From contig DBAU01000048.1 of the NCBI GenBank assembly GCA_002291845.1, positions 1-52,135 of the forward strand: a stretch of 52,135 nt of DNA, in the 5' to 3' direction. Both the position numbers and the translations under genes were made by a program. Numbering within the stretch: the first letter of the stretch is position 1; each line of letters begins with the position of its first letter. The stretch comes from Alphaproteobacteria bacterium UBA1002 (GTDB taxonomy: Bacteria; Pseudomonadota; Alphaproteobacteria; Rickettsiales; UBA998). This document shows, piece after piece, positions 26,461 through 35,482 of the stretch. The notes beneath the pieces were generated by a model. The model made no database searches. It was not told the DNA's origin and saw nothing but the letters and a program-made list of their open reading frames with translations.

Positions 26461-28656
26461 GTGAACAGCCCGGCTTTTCGGGCAACGTGTTATTGTAACC
26501 ATTCCGAGCCCGCAATGGCCCTATGTGCCCGCCGAGAGCTGCAGATTGCCCGTGTCTGCTTTGCGACCACGATTGTTCTCATGGTGGGACTCATTACTTT
26601 TTTAGGCAAGGAAGCCTACCAAGCATATCTGGCGGGTGACCAGGCACGCTTGACCACGGTTGGCTGGTTATCGTTTGCTTCCTTCTTCATGATGTATGGC
26701 AATTTTCTCTACCAAAGCTGCATCATGGGTTTTTTCCGTCGGATGCTGACGCATAAAGCCCCAGATGCCGATGCTCTTCTTGCGCTGCATGACCGTGAAT
26801 TTCCCTCCCTGTCCGTATTGATTCCCGCCTACAAAGAAGAGCCAGATATCATGTGGCAGACCATGATGGCCGCGGCGCTCTGCGAATATGGCGAGAAGCA
26901 GGTGGTCCTGCTGATTGACGATCCTTTCGCCCCCAAAACGCTGGAAGATCGCCTGAAGCTCGAAGCCGCGCGTGACTTGCCCGTGCGCCTGCAGCAGTTG
27001 TTTGATGCTCCGGCGCAGGCCTTTGCGGCGGAATGGATGGGCTTCTGCCAGCGCCGCACGGCAGGCCGCCTCGCGATGGCGGAGGAGCGCGCCCGGCTGG
27101 TGGCGCTGTATGAACGCGCCGCGCAGTGGGGTGAGGACGCCACCGCCCAGTTTCTAGCAGGCCGTGAGCCCTCCAACTTGCCGCACTGTGAGCGTTTTTT
27201 CCATGAGACCATCATGCAGCGCTGGAGCGCGCATCACCGCGCCGCGGCCCAGCAACTGGCCGAAGCGTCACTGCTTGACGAGCGTCTGCTGGCCCGCCAT
27301 TTCGCCCGGCTCTCCCGTTTGTTTGCGGTGCGCTTCTCCAGCTTTGAGCGCAAAAAATACGCCGAGCTCTCCCACGAACCAAACAAGGCGATGAACCTCA
27401 ACGGGTACTTGCGTGTGATGGGCCGCAGCTGGCGCGAAGAAGAACGCGACGGTGTCTGGCACTTGCAGGAAGTTCCCACCTCGGAGGCGAACTTCTTCCC
27501 ACCAGCGAGTGAGTATCTGATGATCCTCGATGCGGATTCGCTGGTGCTGCGCGAATATGCGCTCAGCCTTCTGCATCGGCTGCAGCAGCCGGAATATGAT
27601 CGCATTGGCGTGATGCAGTGCTACCCCAGCTGTTATCCGGGGATACCCATGGGCATCGAGCGTATGGCGGCGGCCAGCATTGATTTGCTCTTCCGCATTA
27701 ATCAGGGCCATGAGGCATTGGGCGGGCCTTCCTGGATGGGGGCGAATGCCTTAGTTCGCCGGCAGGCGCTTGATGATATTGCCCAGGAGGCGGTCAGCGA
27801 TGGTAAGCCCTCGACGATTTATATCCAGGATCGTACCGTCATTGAGGATACGGAAACCACCGTTGCGCTGTTACATAAGGACTGGCGTGTCTATCAATAT
27901 CCCGAGCGGCTGGCGTTTTTTTCCTCACCGCCGGATTTTGGATCCCTGCTGATCCAGCGTCGCCGCTGGGCGAATGGAGGCATCTTATTGCTTCCTTCGC
28001 TTATGCGTTATCTTGCTCGTCGCCCCGTCAGCATGGCATGGCTGCGTGAGCTGTTCGTACGGGTGGATTATATGATCTGGGGACCGGTAGGTGTGATCAT
28101 CGGTCTGGTGATGGCATCAGTACATTTCGGGGACCTGCTCATGTCGCCCTGGCTGATGCTCTCACCGTTGCCATGTTTGGTGCTTCAGCTCCGCACCCTG
28201 CGTCAGGAAGGCTACCGTTACAGTGATGCGCTGCGCCTCTCCGCGTTTGGGGTGATGCTTGGCCCCGTCATCATGGGCGGGGTGCTGAAATCCATCCAGC
28301 AGGCCATCACCGGACGCAAGATTCCTTTCGCCCGCACGCCAAAGATCACCACGCGAACGGCAGCTCCGGCGCTCTATGCATTCTTCGAGCTGGTTCTTCC
28401 GTTGGTGATGCTGGCGCTTGCCTGGCGGTACGCGCAGGCCGAGAGCTGGGCGCAGGCAGTCTTTACGCTGTTTTATGCGGCGGCCGGGGTATATGCCCTT
28501 GTCTATTTCATGGGGGTCCGCGCCACGCTGGAGGATCTGCTCTCCGGTATCCGTGGCCGCTGGCGTGCGCTGTTTCACCGGGCAGAGGTACTGCCTTTCT
28601 CCGCCCGCGAAACCCTGCCGCCCGGTCAAGAAGTTCGCTACGGTACGGGCGAATAG
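26461..28656 (+). CDS. membrane-embedded processive family-2 glycosyltransferase (BcsA/CrdS-like polysaccharide synthase, no PilZ domain seen)
   Basis: VLIPAYKEEPD, VVLLIDDP, MILDADS, VIEDTETT, QRRRWANGG (QxxRW), PFARTPK (FxVTxK-like gating loop), and N- and C-terminal TM helices. It uses a GTG start at 26461; M19 at 26515 is an alternative. Confidence 0.8.
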   Translation: MNSPAFRATCYCNHSEPAMALCARRELQIARVCFATTIVLMVGLITFLGKEAYQAYLAGDQARLTTVGWLSFASFFMMYGNFLYQSCIMGFFRRMLTHKAPDADALLALHDREFPSLSVLIPAYKEEPDIMWQTMMAAALCEYGEKQVVLLIDDPFAPKTLEDRLKLEAARDLPVRLQQLFDAPAQAFAAEWMGFCQRRTAGRLAMAEERARLVALYERAAQWGEDATAQFLAGREPSNLPHCERFFHETIMQRWSAHHRAAAQQLAEASLLDERLLARHFARLSRLFAVRFSSFERKKYAELSHEPNKAMNLNGYLRVMGRSWREEERDGVWHLQEVPTSEANFFPPASEYLMILDADSLVLREYALSLLHRLQQPEYDRIGVMQCYPSCYPGIPMGIERMAAASIDLLFRINQGHEALGGPSWMGANALVRRQALDDIAQEAVSDGKPSTIYIQDRTVIEDTETTVALLHKDWRVYQYPERLAFFSSPPDFGSLLIQRRRWANGGILLLPSLMRYLARRPVSMAWLRELFVRVDYMIWGPVGVIIGLVMASVHFGDLLMSPWLMLSPLPCLVLQLRTLRQEGYRYSDALRLSAFGVMLGPVIMGGVLKSIQQAITGRKIPFARTPKITTRTAAPALYAFFELVLPLVMLALAWRYAQAESWAQAVFTLFYAAAGVYALVYFMGVRATLEDLLSGIRGRWRALFHRAEVLPFSARETLPPGQEVRYGTGE

Positions 28657-28743
28657 TCCGTCTCTTTTATCCGCTATTTGAGTATTTACTGCGTAGAATA
28701 AAAATATTCTCTGCGTGATGGCGAATGATTTATTAATGAAATC

Positions 28744-28974
28744 TTGACTCTAATCGCCATTACTAGTAAAAAAAGAAGCGAGTTTAGTAGTTTCTCTTTG
28801 CTGTTCCGGATGCCTTCGGGTGTGTCCGTTTCATGGGGCTTCAGGCCTCGATTCGTTGGTTCCCCTTCGTATGGTCAAAGAGTTTCGCGCTGGTATGTCG
28901 GTGCGTACGAAGCTCAAAAGAACACCCCGCATGGTGTGGGGTGCGCAATTGTCATACGTAAAAGGAAACGAGAC
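28744..28974 (+). promoter_or_regulatory. putative cspA promoter (TTGACT-N17-TAAAAA) plus a long structured 5' leader
   Basis: TTGACT at 28744-28749. The ~195-nt untranslated leader contains the hairpin CACCCC-N9-GGGGTG at 28923-28943. Long leaders are typical of cold-shock csp mRNAs. Confidence 0.4.
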
Positions 28975-29184
28975 ATGGCAAACGGTACTGTAAAATGGTT
29001 TAATTCCACCAAAGGCTACGGCTTTATTGCTCCGGATCAAGGCGGCAGCGATGTGTTTGTGCATATCAGCGCCCTGCAAAGCGCGGGCGTACAGAGCCTG
29101 AATGAGGGCCAAAAAGTCAGCTATGAGCTGGCCACCAACAAGGGTAAGACCTCAGCGGTGAACCTGAAACTGCTGGCCGCTTAA
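28975..29184 (+). CDS. cspA: cold-shock protein (CspA family)
   Basis: [34 protein letters not shown].. with RNP1/RNP2 motifs; 69 aa. The track ORF starting at 28744 is an upstream extension. Confidence 0.95.
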   Translation: MANGTVKWFNSTKGYGFIAPDQGGSDVFVHISALQSAGVQSLNEGQKVSYELATNKGKTSAVNLKLLAA

Positions 29185-29219
29185 TTTCGGCCTCAGTAAA
29201 ATATCACTGCGATTTGCAG

Positions 29220-29271
29220 CCTATGCGCGCGGAAGGCATGGTGCCTTCCGCCCTTCGGGGCTGCGCATAGG
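29220..29271 (+). promoter_or_regulatory. compound RNA hairpin between cspA and rhlE that partly covers the rhlE Shine-Dalgarno
   Basis: The outer stem pairs CCTATGCGC (29220-29228) with GCGCATAGG (29263-29271). The inner perfect 10-bp hairpin is GCGGAAGGCA-tgg-TGCCTTCCGC (29229-29251). No T-run follows. The AGGA at 29269-29272 lies 6 nt before ATG 29278. Confidence 0.4.
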
Positions 29272-29277
29272 ATAAAT

Positions 29278-30507
29278 ATGGAAAATTTTGATAGTTTTGC
29301 GCTGCCCGCACCCTTGCGCGCATCGCTTGCCCGCATGGGCTTTACGACTCCCACGCCGATTCAGGCACAAGCCATTCCGCACGCTTTAGAAGGGCGTGAT
29401 GTACTCGGCACCGCCCAGACCGGCACCGGTAAAACCGGCGCGTTCGGTATTCCGCTCATCACCAAGTTGATGACCAATTCCCGCGGCAGTGCCTTGATCA
29501 TGACGCCGACCCGCGAGCTTGCGGCGCAGGTGATTGAAGTCATCAACCATCTGCTTGGGCCGAACCATCCGATCAAAGCCGTGCTACTGATCGGCGGTGA
29601 GCCGATGGGCGCGCAAACCCGTGCACTGCGGGCGCGGCCACGAATCATTATTGGAACCCCCGGGCGTATCAATGACCATCTGGAGCAGGGCAACCTGATG
29701 CTGATGGAAACCAGCGTGCTCGTGCTTGATGAAACCGACCGCATGCTGGATATGGGCTTTGCCGCGCAGATCGACCGCATTGTGAAGTTCATCCCGAAAA
29801 GCCGCCAGACCATGCTGTTTTCGGCCACGCTGCCGACGGAGATCGTCAAAATGGCGGATAAATACCTCAATAATCCCGTCCGCGTCGCGGTAGGGGCCCC
29901 CAATATGGCCGCCAAGAAAATCACTCAGGAAGTGGTGCGTCTCCAGCCGGAGCAGAAGTTCAAGGAGCTGGTACGCCAGCTGGATGAGCGTGCTGGCTCG
30001 GTGATCGTGTTTGTGAAAACCAAGCACGGGGCGGAGAAAATGGCCGATAAGCTCTGCAAAGAGCGCTTCGGTGCGGACGCCATCCATGGGGATCTGGAGC
30101 AGCGCCAGCGTGAGCGGGTGATTCAGCTCTTCCGCGAGAAGCGCTTCCGTATTCTGGTTGCCACCGACATTGCAGCGCGCGGCCTCGATATTCCGCATAT
30201 TGAGCATGTGATTAATTATGACCTGCCCCATGCGCCGGAAGATTACATCCACCGCATTGGCCGCACGGCGCGGGCTGGCGCGGAGGGAGCGGCCATCAGC
30301 TTTGTGATCCCGGAAGATGAAAAGCGCTGGGAGGCGATTCAGCGCCTGATCAATCCGAATGCTGCTCCGGCGCCGCGGGCGGCTCAGGCTCCCGCGAATC
30401 CGGCGCAGGCTGCCTCGGCAAAGGAAGGTGCGCCGAAGCGTCGCCGCCGCCGTAGCCGGAAAAAACCTGCCGGAGGTGATGCGGGCTCTGGCCAGATAGC
30501 CGCCTAA
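29278..30507 (+). CDS. rhlE: DEAD-box ATP-dependent RNA helicase (RhlE-like)
   Basis: Q-motif FTTPTPIQ, AQTGTGKT, PTRELA, DETD (a DEAD variant), SAT, HGDLEQRQR, ARGLDI, HRIGRTARAG, and a basic C-terminal tail. Confidence 0.9.
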   Translation: MENFDSFALPAPLRASLARMGFTTPTPIQAQAIPHALEGRDVLGTAQTGTGKTGAFGIPLITKLMTNSRGSALIMTPTRELAAQVIEVINHLLGPNHPIKAVLLIGGEPMGAQTRALRARPRIIIGTPGRINDHLEQGNLMLMETSVLVLDETDRMLDMGFAAQIDRIVKFIPKSRQTMLFSATLPTEIVKMADKYLNNPVRVAVGAPNMAAKKITQEVVRLQPEQKFKELVRQLDERAGSVIVFVKTKHGAEKMADKLCKERFGADAIHGDLEQRQRERVIQLFREKRFRILVATDIAARGLDIPHIEHVINYDLPHAPEDYIHRIGRTARAGAEGAAISFVIPEDEKRWEAIQRLINPNAAPAPRAAQAPANPAQAASAKEGAPKRRRRRSRKKPAGGDAGSGQIAA

Positions 30508-30516
30508 CCCAGCAAC

Positions 30517-30547
30517 ATAAAAAACCCCGCTCCGGCGGGGTTTTTTA
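30517..30547. terminator. bidirectional rho-independent terminator shared by rhlE (+) and msrB (-)
   Basis: A-run, then CCCCGC-tccg-GCGGGG (30525-30540), then TTTTTT (30541-30546). Confidence 0.8.
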
Positions 30548-30571
30548 ATGGGTGGATGATGTGGGGCGGCT

Positions 30572-30994
30572 TCAGGCCGGATCAAAGCGCAGGGCAACCC
30601 CGTTGGTGCAATAGCGCAGCCCGGTTGGGCGTGGGCCGTCCTCGAACACATGGCCGAGATGGCCACCACACTGCGCGCAATGGAACTCGGTGCGGATCAT
30701 GCCGAAGGAGGCATCGCGCTTGGTGCCCACACTGCCTGGCACCGCGGCGTAAAAGCTCGGCCAGCCGGTGCCGCTGTCAAATTTTGTTGCTGATTCAAAC
30801 AGCAGGCTGTCGCACGCGGCGCAATGAAAGCGGCCCGGCCGCTTTTCGTCGTTCAGAGGGCTGAGCCCGGCGCATTCGGTACCCGCGCAGCGCATGACGC
30901 GGTATTGCTCTGGTGTCAGCCGCGCCTTCCATTCAGCCTCGCTGAGCTGGCGGGGATCTGTCGCAGAGGCATCCGTGGAGGGGCGTAGAGGCAT
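30572..30994 (-). CDS. msrB: peptide-methionine (R)-S-oxide reductase
   Basis: FHCAACDSLLF, GTGWPSF, FHCAQCGGHLGHVFEDGP, RYCTNG. The start is taken at MPLRPS (cat 30992-30994); M at 31024 is an alternative. Confidence 0.9.
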   Translation of the reverse strand: MPLRPSTDASATDPRQLSEAEWKARLTPEQYRVMRCAGTECAGLSPLNDEKRPGRFHCAACDSLLFESATKFDSGTGWPSFYAAVPGSVGTKRDASFGMIRTEFHCAQCGGHLGHVFEDGPRPTGLRYCTNGVALRFDPA

Positions 30995-31132
30995 CTTCGT
31001 GATATGGGGGCATTGAGGGGCCATGCCAAGGGGCAGGCCACTGCGGAAAATATGTAATAAATTGTTAATATTCTTCGCTTGTATTGGCGGATTTCCTAGG
31101 CTAAATATTAACGCCATTGAGAACGGAGGGAA

Positions 31133-31687
31133 ATGCCCATGGATCTGACCCGTCGTCAGATGTTGCTTGGACTGGGGGCACTCGGTGCAGCGGCGCTGCT
31201 GCCTGAGGGGGCCAGTGCATCGCGGTTTGTGCGTCCGGAGCAAGGCGCGCGTCAGCTTTCCTTCCTGCATCTGCATACCGGCGAGCGCGGTACCTTCACC
31301 TACCGCGAAAATGGCGGGTTGGTGCTGGAAGAGCTGGCGCGGTTAAACCACCTGCTGCGCGATCACCGCACGGATGATCTGCACGCCATCGACACGCGCC
31401 TGCTTGATCAGCTGTATGTGCTGCAAAAGAAAACCGGGCATCGCAAACCTTACGAGATCATTTCCGCCTACCGTTCGCCTCACACCAACGCCATGCTGGC
31501 GCGCCGTTCCGGCGGGGTCGCCAAGCAGAGCCTGCACATGCAGGGGCAGGCGATTGATATTGCGGTGGAGGGCGTGCCACTGTCTCACCTACATCGCGCG
31601 GCGCTCAGCCTGAAAGCGGGAGGGGTGGGCTATTACGCCGATTCCGGGTTTATCCATCTTGATACGGGCCGTGTGCGCCGCTGGTAG
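31133..31687 (+). CDS. DUF882 / peptidase M15A YcbK(MepK)-like murein endopeptidase with a Tat signal
   Basis: TRRQMLLGLGALGAAALL twin-arginine leader, then SAYRSPHTNAML, SLHMQGQAIDI, GGVGYYADSGFIHLDTG. Confidence 0.8.
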   Translation: MPMDLTRRQMLLGLGALGAAALLPEGASASRFVRPEQGARQLSFLHLHTGERGTFTYRENGGLVLEELARLNHLLRDHRTDDLHAIDTRLLDQLYVLQKKTGHRKPYEIISAYRSPHTNAMLARRSGGVAKQSLHMQGQAIDIAVEGVPLSHLHRAALSLKAGGVGYYADSGFIHLDTGRVRRW

Positions 31688-31690
31688 CGG

Positions 31691-33244
31691 CTAGCGTAGC
31701 GCGGCCAGCTGGGCGTCGCCGCCGGTCGGTTGGTGGCGCGTCAGCGCGGCCAGCAATGTCGCGTCGCGGCCATACATATCCGGGTAGAATTCCGGCTGCC
31801 CTTCCTGGTTCACCCAAGCTGTATAGTAGGTTGTGATGACGGGCAGGGGTGTGGTCATCGTATAGCTGCGCGAGGCACTGTCCTCATAGCGGGCGGCGAT
31901 CTGCGATGCTTCGTCCGGGCGGCTGACGCGGAAGACGAACGCGGCAAAGTCCTTGGGTTTCTCCAGCCGGATGCAGCCATGGCTCAGCGCTCGGTAGGTC
32001 TGGCTAAAGAGCTGAGGCCGCGCCGTATCATGCAGGTAAATGGAATCCGATTTCGGCATGAGGAATTTCACCTTGCCGAGGGCATTGTCCTGCCCGGCGG
32101 GCTGCTCAACGTGGACATCATTGGCGCTGAGCTGTGTCCAGTCGACCTGGAAGGGATCAAGGCGCTGGCCGGTGCGGCGGTCGGTGACCTGGTAGCCTTG
32201 CAGCGAAGCGGGATTGCGCCGCGCTTTCGGTAACATTTCATCCCGCAGGATGCGGTGGGTCGGCGTCCAGGTCGGATTGAGCACCACCTGGGTGATCTGG
32301 TTGCGGAATTCCGGGGTAGGATTTTTCTTCTCCCCGACGATGACTTTCATCGCCAGCACGGGCTTGCCAGCGTCATATGCCTCCAGCCGGAAGCCGGGCA
32401 GGTTGATGTGCACATAGCGTGGGCCAGCGGGTGCATCGCGGCGCAGACGCTCCAGCGTCAAAGCCAGCTGCTGGAGCCGCGCACGTACTGGGACATTCAT
32501 CGCGTGCCGGGTTTCTTTGCCCAGCGCCCCATCGGGCGTCAGCCCGTGCCGCGCCTGAAACGCCTTCAGCGCCTCCTGTAGCGGGGCGTCATAGACCGGA
32601 CGGGTGCGGGGGGACCAGCGCTCCATGGGAAAATCGCCGGTAAGAATCAGATAGCGGCGCAATACTTCAATGCGCGAATCCGGCTGGCCTGGTTTCAGTG
32701 CTGCCCCATCGGGGATGAACGGAAAGCCGCCTTTGCGGGCGAGTTGGAGGTAATCACGATAGGCATGTTGCACGCGCTGGTAACTGGCTTGGCGCGGAGC
32801 GGCTTGCTCGATGAGTTGCGGTAGGCGGGCCTGGGCTTGCGTGGGGGCCAGCATGGCATAGCCCCACAGCAGCCCGGCGGAGACATCGGCCTGCGCCCGC
32901 CGCTGCGGGTCGCGGCTGGCCGGAGTGTCACGGCCAAATTGTAAATCCGTCAAGGCCTGCGCCAGACCTTGCCGTGCCGCCACGCAATCCGGATCGGTGG
33001 AGGGATGGGTGAGGTAATGATTCGGGTTTAATCCATGCGCCGCGAGGGTGCCCAGCCCGTGTGAAACAATCCGCCGCGGGCCGTCACAGCGCAAGGCGCG
33101 ACTCGCAAGAGAAAGATTTGTGATGGCAGAATGTTTCCAATCTCTGGATGATGATCCCCCTGCATTGGCCGACGATGGAGTCAGCAATGCCAAATAAATG
33201 CTCAATAAAAGCGCAAGATTGTGATGGGGAAGACGTACGCGCAT
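31691..33244 (-). CDS. L,D-transpeptidase (YcbB/LdtD-like) with a peptidoglycan-binding domain
   Basis: LKAFQARHGLTPDGALGKET (PG_binding_1) and the YkuD catalytic motif IYLHDTARPQLFSQTYRALSHGCIRLEKP. Confidence 0.85.
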   Translation of the reverse strand: MRVRLPHHNLALLLSIYLALLTPSSANAGGSSSRDWKHSAITNLSLASRALRCDGPRRIVSHGLGTLAAHGLNPNHYLTHPSTDPDCVAARQGLAQALTDLQFGRDTPASRDPQRRAQADVSAGLLWGYAMLAPTQAQARLPQLIEQAAPRQASYQRVQHAYRDYLQLARKGGFPFIPDGAALKPGQPDSRIEVLRRYLILTGDFPMERWSPRTRPVYDAPLQEALKAFQARHGLTPDGALGKETRHAMNVPVRARLQQLALTLERLRRDAPAGPRYVHINLPGFRLEAYDAGKPVLAMKVIVGEKKNPTPEFRNQITQVVLNPTWTPTHRILRDEMLPKARRNPASLQGYQVTDRRTGQRLDPFQVDWTQLSANDVHVEQPAGQDNALGKVKFLMPKSDSIYLHDTARPQLFSQTYRALSHGCIRLEKPKDFAAFVFRVSRPDEASQIAARYEDSASRSYTMTTPLPVITTYYTAWVNQEGQPEFYPDMYGRDATLLAALTRHQPTGGDAQLAALR

Positions 33245-33458
33245 GGAGCCTCATTTTTAATAATTATGCTCCAATAAAGTTTAATTTTGATGAATCGCGG
33301 ATAGGGTTAAAGAAAAATTCTATTTTTTCTCAGGTGAGCAAATTATTCAGAGATAATAGTTTTTATGCATTTCAACGTGTCCGTAGTCGTGCGGAAGCCC
33401 ATAGACCGAACGGTCCACTCTTGATACACATGCATCCACGCTTATCTAAAGTGCGCAC

Positions 33459-34724
33459 ATGTCTAGTCCCTCAACCACGGCTGTTATTGGCACCGGCATT
33501 TCCGGGATGGGCGCGTCCTACTTGCTGAAGGATGCGACCCAGCTGACCATTTATGAGCAGGGTAATTACATCGGCGGCCACACCCGCACGCGCGAAGTGA
33601 ATTATGAGGGCACGCGCATTCCGGTGGATACTGGCTTCATCGTGTTTAATTACCGTAACTACCCGCACCTCACCGCGCTGTTTCAGCAGCTGGACGTGCC
33701 GGTAGAAAAAAGCGACATGTCCTTTGCGATTTCTGTGCAAGATGGCGTGTTCGAGTGGGGCGCGCAGACACTGAACGCCGTGTTCGGGCAGCGTCGCAAC
33801 CTGTTTTCGCCGCGTTTCTGGGGCATCATCCGCGATGTGAAGCGCTTCTTCCGTGAAGCCCCCGCCTTGCTGGAGCAGAATCTCAGCCTCTCGCTCGGCG
33901 AGCTGCTGGAGCAGATGAAGCTGGGCGAAGGCTTCCGCCGTGACTTCCTGCTTCCCATGGGTGGCGCGATCTGGAGCTGCCCGGTGGAAACCATGCTCAG
34001 CTTCCCGGCACAGACCTTCCTGCGCTTCTTCCATAATCACGGGCTGCTCAGCTTCAATGACCAGCCGCAATGGTACACCGTGAGCGGTGGTGCGCGGGAA
34101 TACGTCACTCGCCTGACCGCACCGTTTGCTGAGCGCATCCGCCTTAATTGCGGCGTCACGGCTGTGCGGCGTACCGAAAGCGGGGTGGAGGTGACGGACG
34201 TCACCGGGCGTACCGAGGCGTATGACCAGGTGGTATTTGCCTGCCATGGCGATCAGGCGCTGCGCCTGCTACAGGACGCCACGCCTAAGGAGCGCGAGAT
34301 TCTCTCCGCGTTTGAATACCAGAAAAACCGCGCCTATCTGCACCGCGACGTGCGCCAGATGCCGAGGCGCCGCGCCTGCTGGGCAAGCTGGGTCTATCTC
34401 TCCGATGGCAAGGCGCGTCCTGAGGCGCTGGCCGTGACTTACTGGATGAACAAGCTGCAGAATATCGATGCGCGCTATCCGCTCTTTGTGACGCTTAACC
34501 CGCTGACACCGATTGCGCCGGAGCTGATTTTTGATGAAACGGAGTTCGAGCATCCGGTCTTCTCCGCCGCCGCCATTGCCGCGCAGTCGCGCATCGGCGA
34601 AATTCAGGGCACGGACCGTGCCTGGTTCTGCGGCGCGTGGCAGCGTTATGGATTCCATGAAGACGGCTTGAATAGCGCCGTGGAAATGGCCGCCCGCATG
34701 GGAATTACCCCGTCATGGCGCTAA
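33459..34724 (+). CDS. NAD(P)/FAD-dependent oxidoreductase (amine-oxidase/desaturase-like)
   Basis: AVIGTGISGMGASYLL dinucleotide-binding motif at the N-terminus. It is the first gene of the conserved cfa-like cluster. Confidence 0.8.
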   Translation: MSSPSTTAVIGTGISGMGASYLLKDATQLTIYEQGNYIGGHTRTREVNYEGTRIPVDTGFIVFNYRNYPHLTALFQQLDVPVEKSDMSFAISVQDGVFEWGAQTLNAVFGQRRNLFSPRFWGIIRDVKRFFREAPALLEQNLSLSLGELLEQMKLGEGFRRDFLLPMGGAIWSCPVETMLSFPAQTFLRFFHNHGLLSFNDQPQWYTVSGGAREYVTRLTAPFAERIRLNCGVTAVRRTESGVEVTDVTGRTEAYDQVVFACHGDQALRLLQDATPKEREILSAFEYQKNRAYLHRDVRQMPRRRACWASWVYLSDGKARPEALAVTYWMNKLQNIDARYPLFVTLNPLTPIAPELIFDETEFEHPVFSAAAIAAQSRIGEIQGTDRAWFCGAWQRYGFHEDGLNSAVEMAARMGITPSWR

Positions 34725-35482
34725 GCAATGGCCTGCTGGTTTCCGATGTGGTGCATGTGCGGCATGTGCCAAAGCGCCATGCGTTTCGCTATACGGTTTA
34801 TTACCTGTGCTTTCCCCTCTCGCGCATGGCGGAGCTGGAAGCGGCACGCCCGCTTAGTGTCAACCGAACCGGGCTATTTTCCTTTTATGAAAAAGACCAT
34901 GGGCTAGGGCAGGCCGCGCCCGCTGAGGCATGGATTCGCCGCCGCATGGATGAATGGGGGCTGACCGCCGCCGATGGCGAGGTGGTATTGCTCACCATGC
35001 CACGCGTGATGGGCTACGTCTTCAACCCGGTCAGTTTTTGGTTCTGCCTGGATAAAGCAGGCCAGCTACGTGCGGTGTATGCCGAGGTAAACAATACGTT
35101 CGGTGAGCAGCACGGCTATTGGTGTTTTCATGATGATCAGCGTCCTATCACCCGCGATGATGTGCTCACCACGCGCAAGCAGTTTCATGTCTCTCCCTTT
35201 TTTGAGGTCACAGGCGAGTATCGCTTCCGCTTTGCCTATGGCGAGGAAAAGCTTGGTGTATGGATCGATCATGATGCACATGGACAGCATGTGCTTTCCA
35301 CCGCGCTGACCGGCAAGCGTCAGCCGCTGACTACGGCCAATTTACTTTATTGCTTTGCACGCTATCCGCTGGTGACATTGAAAGTCATTATGCTGATTCA
35401 TTACCATGCCCTGCGGCTGGTAATGAAAGGTATCCGCTATCGTACTAAACCCAATCCCCCCCTTCAGGAGGTTTCCCGATGA
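34715..35482 (+). CDS. DUF1365-family protein
   Basis: VVHVRHVPKRHAFRYTVYYLCFPL...NRTGLFSFYEKDHG matches my memory of the DUF1365 pattern. It overlaps both neighbours. Confidence 0.72.
   Translation: MALSNGLLVSDVVHVRHVPKRHAFRYTVYYLCFPLSRMAELEAARPLSVNRTGLFSFYEKDHGLGQAAPAEAWIRRRMDEWGLTAADGEVVLLTMPRVMGYVFNPVSFWFCLDKAGQLRAVYAEVNNTFGEQHGYWCFHDDQRPITRDDVLTTRKQFHVSPFFEVTGEYRFRFAYGEEKLGVWIDHDAHGQHVLSTALTGKRQPLTTANLLYCFARYPLVTLKVIMLIHYHALRLVMKGIRYRTKPNPPLQEVSR

Noticed and set aside
25251-28656. Calling the region after tRNA-Ile a mobile genomic island.
   Set aside because: There is no integrase, transposase or phage gene, and I could find no direct repeat of the tRNA 3' end by eye. It is reported only as a compositional and contextual observation.
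29584-30669. 361-aa minus-strand ORF spanning rhlE and the terminator.
   Set aside because: It is antisense to a clearly recognisable DEAD-box helicase, has a low-complexity Arg/Ala/Gly-rich translation, and crosses a strong bidirectional terminator.
33148-33528. 126-aa plus-strand ORF bridging the ldtD-like start and the AT-rich intergenic region.
   Set aside because: It overlaps the 5' end of the L,D-transpeptidase gene antisense and runs into the FAD-oxidoreductase start. It has no motifs. The region is better explained as a divergent promoter region.
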